Made by a program: the position numbers and the translations under genes. A stretch of 64,000 nucleotides of DNA from an uncultured Acidobacteriota bacterium. GTDB lineage: Bacteria > Acidobacteriota > Thermoanaerobaculia > Multivoradales > UBA5704. Numbering within the stretch: the first letter of the stretch is position 1; each line of letters starts with the position of its first letter. Under the pieces are notes generated by a model, which was given only the letters and a program-made list of their open reading frames with translations, did not search any database and was not told the origin of the DNA. The DNA is taken from assembly GCA_963770895.1 (NCBI GenBank), contig CAVYRF010000001.1, forward strand, positions 1,280,001 to 1,344,000. The letters are read 5' to 3'. Of this stretch, positions 55,838 to 64,000 are shown in pieces.

Positions 55838-57520
55838 TTACCGCCGGGGGGTCGGGGTGGCGGGCGCGGTGTTGTCCGGGTTCGCCGGGTTCGCCTGCTG
55901 CGCCGCCGGCGCGGCCTTGGGCGCCAGCGGATCGCCGCTGTCGGCGCGGGCGGCGCGCGACAGGACGGCGCCGGCCGACGGCAGATCGCCGGCGGTCCAG
56001 CCGCCGCCCAGGGCCTTGACCAGGTTGACGGCGGCGGTCATGCGGCGGGTCTGGATGGTGACGGCGGTGTTCTCGTTGGAAAGCGCAATGGCCTGGGCGG
56101 TGATGACTTCCAGGTAGGTGGTGATGCCGCCCTCGTAGCGGTTGGTCGACAGCGCCAGCGACTTTTCGGCGGCGGTCACCGCGGCGGCCTGTTGCGTCGT
56201 TTCGAGCGACAGCACGCGCAGCGCCGACAGGTTGTCTTCGACGTCCTGGAAGGCGGCCAGCACCGTCTGGCGGTAGCCGGCGACGGCGGCGTCGTAGGTC
56301 GCCCGCGCCTGCTCGACGCCGGCGCGCCGCGCGCCGCCGTCGAAGATGGTCTGCGCCAGCGAGGCGCCCAGGGACCAGAAGCGGTCAGGCCAGTTGAACA
56401 GGGTCGACAGCAGCGTGCTCTCGAAGCCGCCGGCGCCGGTGAGCGAGATCGTCGGGTAGTAGGCGGCCATCTGCACGCCGATCTGGGCATTGGCCGCCGC
56501 CATCTGGCGCTCGGCGGCGGCGATGTCGGGCCGCCGTTCCAGCAGCGCCGACGGCACCGCCAGCGGGATCTCCGGCGGCGTCACGTCGAGCGGCGACCGG
56601 GGGATGCTCAGCGCGGCGGGAGGCTTGCCGGTGAGCATCGCGATGGCGTGCTCGAATTGCGTGCGGGCGACGTCCAGGTCGATCGACTGGGCGCGCGTCT
56701 GCTCCAGCTGCGTCTGCGCCTGCGCCACGTCGACGCCCGAGGCGATGCCCTGCTTGTAGCGGTTGGTGGTCAGGTCGAGCGCCTTTTGATAGGCGACGGC
56801 GGTGGAATCGAGCAGCTTTTTCTGCGCGTCGGAGCCGCGCAGCGAAAAGTAGTCGGCGGCCAGCTCCGCCTGCATGCTGAGCCGCATCACCTCGACCTGG
56901 GCGGCGCTCGCCTGGGCGGTGGCGACGTTGGACTCGATCATGCGTCGTACCTTGCCCCATACGTCCGCTTCGTAGTTGATCTCCAGCGGCACTTCGAAGA
57001 CGCTGGTGGTGGCGCCCGGCACGACGATCGTCGGGGTGGTGGACGTGGTGGTGCTGCCGGTGCCGCCCGTGCCGCCGGTGCCGGTCCCGGTGGTGGTGGT
57101 GACCGTCGGGGCCACGGCGCGGCCCGTCGTGCTGTAGGAGCGCGAGGCCGAAGGCGCCACGCCGACGGTGGGGAACAGGCCGGCGCGGGCGATCTGCGCC
57201 GCGGCGCGCGCGGCGCGGTACTGCGCTTCGGCCTGCGCCACCGACTGGTTGGAAACCGCGACCTGCTCTTCCAGCTGGTTGAGCAGCGGATCGCCGAACA
57301 GCTCCCACCACTTGCCGCGCGGCAGCAGGTCCTGCGGCTGCGCCTGCTTCCAGTCGCCCGGCGGCGACTCCTTGAAGGCGGCCGGCGTGGTGACCGGCGG
57401 CTTTTGATACTGCGGTCCGACCATGCACGCCGCCGCCGCGAGCGACAGCGCGGTAACTGCGGCAAGCGCCGCCGCCTGCCGGCACCGCGTCCAAGCCGTG
57501 GGAACCCTTTTGGATGTCAT
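55838..57520 (-). CDS. NodT/OprM-family outer membrane efflux lipoprotein
   Basis: Lipobox AAAC-MVGP, YEADVWG, LLERRPDIAAAER, KALGGGW. Confidence 0.94.
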   Translation of the reverse strand: MTSKRVPTAWTRCRQAAALAAVTALSLAAAACMVGPQYQKPPVTTPAAFKESPPGDWKQAQPQDLLPRGKWWELFGDPLLNQLEEQVAVSNQSVAQAEAQYRAARAAAQIARAGLFPTVGVAPSASRSYSTTGRAVAPTVTTTTGTGTGGTGGTGSTTTSTTPTIVVPGATTSVFEVPLEINYEADVWGKVRRMIESNVATAQASAAQVEVMRLSMQAELAADYFSLRGSDAQKKLLDSTAVAYQKALDLTTNRYKQGIASGVDVAQAQTQLEQTRAQSIDLDVARTQFEHAIAMLTGKPPAALSIPRSPLDVTPPEIPLAVPSALLERRPDIAAAERQMAAANAQIGVQMAAYYPTISLTGAGGFESTLLSTLFNWPDRFWSLGASLAQTIFDGGARRAGVEQARATYDAAVAGYRQTVLAAFQDVEDNLSALRVLSLETTQQAAAVTAAEKSLALSTNRYEGGITTYLEVITAQAIALSNENTAVTIQTRRMTAAVNLVKALGGGWTAGDLPSAGAVLSRAARADSGDPLAPKAAPAAQQANPANPDNTAPATPTPRR

Positions 57521-57527
57521 GAGCGCT

Positions 57528-60500
57528 TCAAGCCTCCTGGCTGGCGGGCCTGGTCTTGGCCTGCGGCCGGCGATGCCGGCCGCGCAGCCGCTCCCAGCGC
57601 AGCCGGAATCGATCGAGATAGAGATAGACCACGGGAGTGGTGTACAGGGTCAACGCCTGGCTGAACAGCAATCCGCCGACGATCGAGATGCCCAGCGGGC
57701 GGCGCAGCTCGGCGCCGGTGCCGCGGCTGATGGCGAGCGGCAGGCCGCCCAGCATCGCCGCCATGGTGGTCATGGTGATCGGCCGGAAGCGCAGCAGGCA
57801 GGCCTGGAAGATCGCCTGCTCGGGGGATTTGCCGCTCGCGTTCTTCCTCGATCGCAAAATCGATCATCAGGATGGCGTTCTTTTTGACGATTCCGATGAG
57901 CAGGATGATGCCGATTAGGGCGATGACCGATCAGTTCCGTGCGGGTCACCAGCAGCGCCAGCAGCGCGCCGACGCCCGCCGACGGCAGCGTCGACAGGAT
58001 GGTGATCGGGTGGATGACGCTTTCGTACAGCACGCCCAGCACGATGTAGACCGTCACCAGCGCCGCCGCGATCAGCAGCGGCTCGTTGGCGAGCGACGCC
58101 TGAAACGCCTGCGCCGTCCCCTGGAAGCTGCCGCGGATGTCGGAGGGCAGTCCGATCTTGCGCTCCGCCTGTTCGATCGCCGTCACCGCCGGCCCCAGCG
58201 CCTGGTTGGCGGGCAGGTTGAACGAGATGGTGACCGATGGGAACACGCCGGAATGGTTGACCGCGAGCGAGGTGGTCGACGACGCGTAATGGGTGAAGGC
58301 GGACAGCGGCACCAGCGTCCCGTTCGGACTGTTGGCGTTCCTGCCCTTGACGTACAGGTAGCGCAGCCCGTCGGGATTCTGCCAGAACTGCGGCGCCACC
58401 TCCATCACCACGTGGTACTGGTTGAGCGGCTGAAACATGGTCGAGACCTGCCGCTGGCCGAAGGCGTCGTACAGCGTGTCGTCGATCGTCTGGGCGCTGA
58501 TCCCCATGCGGGACGCGGTGGAGCGATCGATCACCAGCGACGATTCCAGCCCGCGGTCCTGCTGGTCGGTGTTGACGTCGGCCAGGATCGGCAGCGCGCG
58601 CAGGGTCTGCAGCACCTTGGGCGCCCAGCGCAGCAGCTCGTCGGTGTTGTCGCCCTGCAGGGTGTATTGATATTGCGCGGCGCTCGCCCGGCCGCCCACC
58701 CGCAGGTCCTGCACCGGTTGCAGATAGAGGTTGAGCCCCGGCACGCGCGCCAGGTGCGGGCGCATCCGGGCGATGATCTGGTCGGCGTTCAGATTGCGCT
58801 TGCCGCGCTCGCCCACCGCCTTCAGGTTGACGAACATCCGCCCCTGGTTGACCGCCTGGCCGCCGATGAAGGCCGACACCGAATCGACCGCCGGGTCTTT
58901 TTGCACGATCCCGACCATGGTGGCAAGACGCGTCTTCATCGCCTGGAACGAAGTGTCCTGGTCGGCCACCAGCTGGCCGGTCAGGCGCCCGGTGTCCTGC
59001 TGCGGGAAAAAGCCCTTGGGCACGGCGATGTACAGGTACACCGTCGCCGCCATGGTGAGGATCGTCACCATCAAAGTCAGCGGCTGGTGGCGCAGCACCC
59101 AGGCGAGCGAGGCGCGGTAGCCGCTGAGGATGCGCTCGAATCCCCGTTCGCTCAGGTTGTAAAGCCGGCCGTGCCGCTCGCCGGCGTGCTCGCGCAGCAG
59201 GCGCGCGCACATCATCGGCGTGGTGGTCAGCGAGATGACCAACGACACGGCGATGGCCACCGACAGGGTGACGGCGAACTCGCGGAACAGCCGGCCGACG
59301 ATGCCGCCCATCAGCAGGATGGGGATGAACACCGCCACCAGCGAGATGCTGATCGACATGACGGTAAAGCCGATCTCCGCGGCGCCGCGCAGCGCCGCTT
59401 CGTGCGGTTTCATCCCCGCCTCCAGGTGGCGGGTGATGTTTTCGATCACCACGATGGCGTCGTCGACGACGAAGCCGGTGGCGATGGTGAGCGCCATCAG
59501 CGACAGGTTGTCGATGCTGTAGCCGCACAGGTACATGATGCCGAAGGTGCCGATCAGCGACGCCGGCACCGCGACGCTCGGGATGAGCGTGGCGCGGACG
59601 TTGCGCAGGAAGACGAACACCACCAGGATCACCAGGATGATCGAGATGGTGAGCGTCCGTTCGACGTCCTTGACCGAAGCGCGGATGGTGCGCGTGGCGG
59701 TCGATCAGGACGTCGAGCGAGATGACCGGCGGCACGGACGCCTGCAGTTGCGGCAGCACCGCACGCACGCGGTCGACGGTGTCGATGATGTTGGCGCCGG
59801 GCTGGCGGAAGATGATGATCGATGACGGCGGGCTTGCCGTTGGTGAGGCCGCCGGTGCGGATGTCCTCTACCGAATCGATGACGCTGGCGATGTCCGACA
59901 GGCGCACCGCGGCGCCGGTAGTGCGGTTGTAGGCGACGATCTGCGGCTGGTATTCGACCGCCTTGAGCAGCTGGTCGGTGGTGCTGATCGACCAGTTGCG
60001 CCGCATGTCGCCGACCGCCCCCTTGGGGTTGTTGGCGTTGGCGCTGGCCAGCGCGGCGCGCACGTCTTCCAGGCTCAGCCCCTTGGCGTTGAGCTCGGTG
60101 GGGTTGACCTCCACCCGCACCGCCGGCAGCGCGCCGCCGCCGACGATGACCTGGCCGACGCCGCGGCACCTGCGACAGCTTCTGCTCCAGGATGGTCGAG
60201 GCCAGCGTCGTAGATCCGCCCCCGGCTCACCATGTCGGACGTCAGGCGCCATCAATCATGATCGGCGCGTCGGCCGGATTCACCTTGCGGTACCAGTGGG
60301 TTGGAGGGCAGGTTGGTGGGCAGCTGGCCGCGGGCGGCGTTGATCGCCGCCTGGACGTCGCGCGCCGCGGCGTCGATGTTGCGGCTGAGGTCGAACTGCA
60401 GGGTGACCGCGGTGGCGCCCAGCGTGCTGGACGAAGTCATTTCCGTGACGCCGGCGATGCGGCCGAACTGCCGTTCGAGCGGCGTGGCGACCGACGAAGC

Positions 60501-60678
60501 CATGGTCTCGGGGCTGGCGCCGGGCAGCGACGCCTGACACGCTGATGGTGGGAAAGTCGACCTGCGGCAGCGGCGACACCGGCAGCACGGTGTAGGCGAT
60601 GGCGCCGGCCAACACCAGCGCCACCGTCAGCAGCGTGGTGGCGATCGGCCGCTCGATGAAGGGAGTCGAGATGCTCAT
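57528..60678 (-). CDS. mdtC: MdtC-like RND permease (multiple frameshifts)
   Basis: [51 protein letters not shown], spread over several frames. Confidence 0.85.
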
Positions 60679-63600
60679 GCGTTGGCCCCCTCCGCCGGCT
60701 GCAGCCGCCCGGCTTCACGCTCCTGCCGGCGCCGGCTCATCCGCCGCGCTAGGCGATCGAAGGCCAGGTAGATCGACCGGCGTGGTGAACAGGGTCAGCA
60801 CCTGGCTGAAGATCAGGCCGCCGACGATGGCGATGCCCAGCGGCCGGCGCAGCTCGGCGCCGATGCCGCTGCCGAGCGCCAGCGGCACGCCGCCCAGCAG
60901 CGCCGCCATGGTGGTCATGACGATGGGGCGGAAGCGCAGCAGGCACGCCTGGTAGATCGCCTCTTCCGGCGCCTTGCCCTCCTTGCGCTCGGCGTCGAGC
61001 GCAAAGTCGATCATCATGATGGCGTTTTTTTCGACGATGCCGATGAGCAGGATGATGCCGATGAGCGCGATGACGCTGAAGTCGGCGTGGCACAGCATCA
61101 GCGCCAGCAGCGCGCCGACGCCGGCCGACGGCAGCGTCGACAGGATGGTGAGCGGGTGGATGTAGCTTTCGTACAGCACGCCCAGCACGATGTACACCGT
61201 CACCACCGCCGCCAGGATCAGCAGCGGCTCGTTGGCCAGCGAGGCCTGGAACGCTTCGGCGGTGCCCTGGAAGCTGGCCTGGATGCTGGCAGGCATGGCG
61301 ACCTCCTGCTGCACCTTGTTGACGGCGTTGACCGCTTCGCCGAGCGCGGCGCCGGGCGCCAGGTTGAACGAGATCGTGGTGACCGGGAACTGGCCCTGGT
61401 GGTTGACCGACAGCGGCGTGTTGGCCTGCTCGAAGCGGGTGAAGGCGCTCAGCGGCACCGACCCGCCGGTGGCCGACTGCAGGTAGAGGTTGCCCAGGTC
61501 CTGGGGCTTGTTCTGGAAGTCGGGCTGCGCTTCCAGGATCACGTGGTACTGGTTGAGCTGGGTGAACATCGATCGAGACCTGGCGCTGGCCGAAGGCGTC
61601 GTACAGCGCATCGTCGGTCATTTGCGGCGTGATGCCCAGGCGTGAGGCGGTGTAGCGGTCGAGGACCAGCCGCGCCTGCAGGCCGTCGTTCTGCTGGTCG
61701 CTCGCCACGTCGCGCAGCTCGGGCAGCGCCTGCAGCTTGGCGACGAACCTGGGCACCCAGACCGCCAGCTCGTCGCCGTTGGGGTCTTCCAGGCTGTATT
61801 GGAACTCGGTGCGGCTCACCCGGTCCTCGACGGTCAGGTCCTGGATCGGCTGCATGAACAGGGTGATGCCGTCCACCTTGGCCAGGCTGGTCGACAGCCG
61901 CCGGATGATGTCGCTGGCGCTCGACGCTGTCGCGCTCGTCGAGCGGCTTGAGGTTGATCTGAATGCGGCCGCTGTTGAGCGTCGTGTTGGTGCCGTCGAC
62001 GCCGATGAAGGACGACAGGCTCTCCACCGCCGGGTCTTCCAGGATGACGTTGGCCAGCGCCTGCTGGCGCTCGGCCATGGCGGGGAAGGAGATCGATCTG
62101 CGCCGCCTCCGAGATGCCCAGGATCACGCCGGTGTCCTGCACCGGGAAGAAGCCCTTGGGGATCCATGATGTAGAGCAGGATCGTCAGCACCAGCGTGGC
62201 GACGGCGACGACCAGCGTCGCCGGCTGGTGGCGCAGCACGACGCTGCAGCGTCGCGGCCGTAGAAGGCGATGATGCGTTCGAACACCCGCTCCGAGGCGC
62301 GGTAGAAGCGCCCCTGCTCGGACGGTTTTTTGTGGCGCAGGAGCTTGGCGCACATCATCGGCGTCAGGGTCAGCGACACCGACCGCCGATACCAGGATGG
62401 TGACCGCTCAGCGTCACCGCGAATTCGCGGAACAGGCGGCCCACGATGTCGCCCATGAACAGCAGCGGAATCAGCACCGCGATCAGCGACACGGTGAGCG
62501 ACAGGATGGTGAAGCCGATCTGCTCCGATCCCTTGAGCGCCGCGTCGAGCGGCCGCATCGCCCTCTTCGATGTAGCGCGATGATGTTTTCGATCATCACG
62601 ATCGCGTCGTCGACGACGAAGCCGGTCGAGATGGTCAGCGCCATCAAGCGTCAGGTTGTTCAGGCTATAGCCGAGCAGCGTACATGGCGGCAAAGGTGCC
62701 GACCAGCGACAGCGGCACGGCGACGCTGGGGATGATGGTGGCGGCCAGGTTGCGCAGAAACAGGAAGATCACCATCACAACCAGGGCGATGGTCAGCAGC
62801 AGCTCGAACTCGCACGTCCGCCACCGAGGCGCGGATGGTGATGGTGCGGTCGGTCAAGGTGGTGACCTTGATCGCCGCCGGGCAGCGAGGCGCGCAGCTG
62901 CGGCAGCAGCTTGTTGACGCGGTCCACCACCGAGATGATGTTGGCGCCCGGCTGGCGCTGGATGTTGACGATGACCGCCGGCATCTTGTTCATCCAGGCG
63001 GCCAGCTTGACGTTCTCGGCGGCATCGACGACGTTGGCGACGTCCGACAGGTGCACCGGGTTGCCGTTGCGGTAGGCGATGATCAGCGGCCGGTAGTCGG
63101 CGCTGGTCAGCAGCTGGTCGTTGGCGTCGATGGTGTAGGACTGGCGGCTGCCGTCGAAGGTGCCCTTGGCCTGGTTGACGGTGGAACCGGTGATGGCGGC
63201 GCGGATGTCCTCCATGGTCAGGCCGTAGGACGACAGCCGCGGTGGGGTTGACCTGGATGCGCACCGCCGGCTTCTGACCGCCGCTGATGCTCACCAGGCC
63301 GACGCCGGGCAGCTGCGAGATCTTCTGCGCCAGGCGGGTGTCGGCAAGGTCCTCGACCTTGGCCAGCGGCAGCGTCGCCGACGTCAGCGCCAGCGTCATG
63401 ATCGGCGCGTCGGCGGGGTTGGTCTTGCTGTAGATCGGCGGGTTGGGCAGGATCGCTCGGCAGATAGGTGCCGGCGGCGTTGATGGCGGCCTGCACCTCC
63501 TGCTCGGCGACGTCGATGTTCAAGTCCAGGGTGAACTGCAGGGTGATGATCGAGCTGCCCTCGGAGCTGGTCGAGGTCATCTGGTTGAGCCCCGGCACCT

Positions 63601-63817
63601 GGCCGAACTGCCGTTCCAGCGGCGCGGTCACCGCCGAAGCCATGACGTCGGGACTGGCGCCGGGATAGAACGTCACCACCTGGATGGTGGGGTAGTCCAC
63701 TTCCGGCAGCGCCGAAACCGGCAGCTGGCGGAAGGCCACGATGCCCACCAGCAGCAGTCCCGCCATCAGCAGCGACGTGGCGATGGGCCGCAGGATGAAC
63801 GGGCGCGACAGGTTCAT
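60675..63817 (-). CDS. mdtB: MdtB-like RND permease (multiple frameshifts)
   Basis: [56 protein letters not shown], spread over many frames. Confidence 0.85.
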
Positions 63818-64000
63818 TTTGCGGTCCCCGGCGCCGCCTGGCCGGCCGGCGCGGCCGGTGCGGCGTCAGCCATGGTCGCGGCCACCTTGAGGCCGGGACG
63901 CAGCCGATCCACGCCGTCGACGACCACCACGTCGCCGGCGGCGACGCCGCGGCGCACGGCGGTGACGTCGCCTTCGGTCAGCTGCAATTCGACGTTCTGC
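63814..64000 (-). CDS. mdtA: C-terminus of an MdtA-like membrane fusion protein (partial)
   Basis: ..[26 protein letters not shown]; stop overlaps the mdtB ATG (ATGA). Confidence 0.8.
   Translation of the reverse strand, partial: QNVELQLTEGDVTAVRRGVAAGDVVVVDGVDRLRPGLKVAATMADAAPAAPAGQAAPGTAK

Noticed and set aside
57528-63817. Programmed frameshifting or true pseudogenes in mdtBC
   Set aside because: Too many scattered indels without slippery-site context; the pattern fits sequencing error.

Overview
High-GC bacterial window, most likely Acidobacteriota. Two ADOP-type duplicated permeases and secreted proteins with domains typical of Thermoanaerobaculia-like genomes point that way (inference). 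Left to right it contains: the start of a Tat-exported protein with an upstream His/Cys-rich protein, a secreted protein, a rearranged gene remnant, an ADOP permease, an RND pump and MFP, and two alpha/beta hydrolases. Next is a protease-signalling cluster (11.8-19.3 kb): exported TPR-CHAT protease, an unannotated 55-aa peptide, a lipoprotein, a zf-HC2 anti-sigma, an ECF sigma, a caspase-like C14 peptidase and an Asp/Glu racemase. The peptide gene and the caspase gene share an ECF-type promoter motif. After that come a DUF6600-like protein, a GT39-LytS-LytTR operon with a candidate LytTR site, and a 1342-aa membrane protein with an apparent Venus-flytrap-like ectodomain. Then follow a TolB-repeat amidohydrolase, a nucleotidyltransferase with a small partner, a stand-alone T-(C-A-T)3-TE NRPS, two PLP aminotransferases, an MBL-fold protein, a second ADOP permease, an orphan VapB and an APC permease. 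The window ends in an mdtABC-like/OMF efflux operon whose many frameshifts look like sequencing errors. No rRNA, tRNA, CRISPR array or transposase was recognised. All assignments come from motif reading by eye; no database searches were run.
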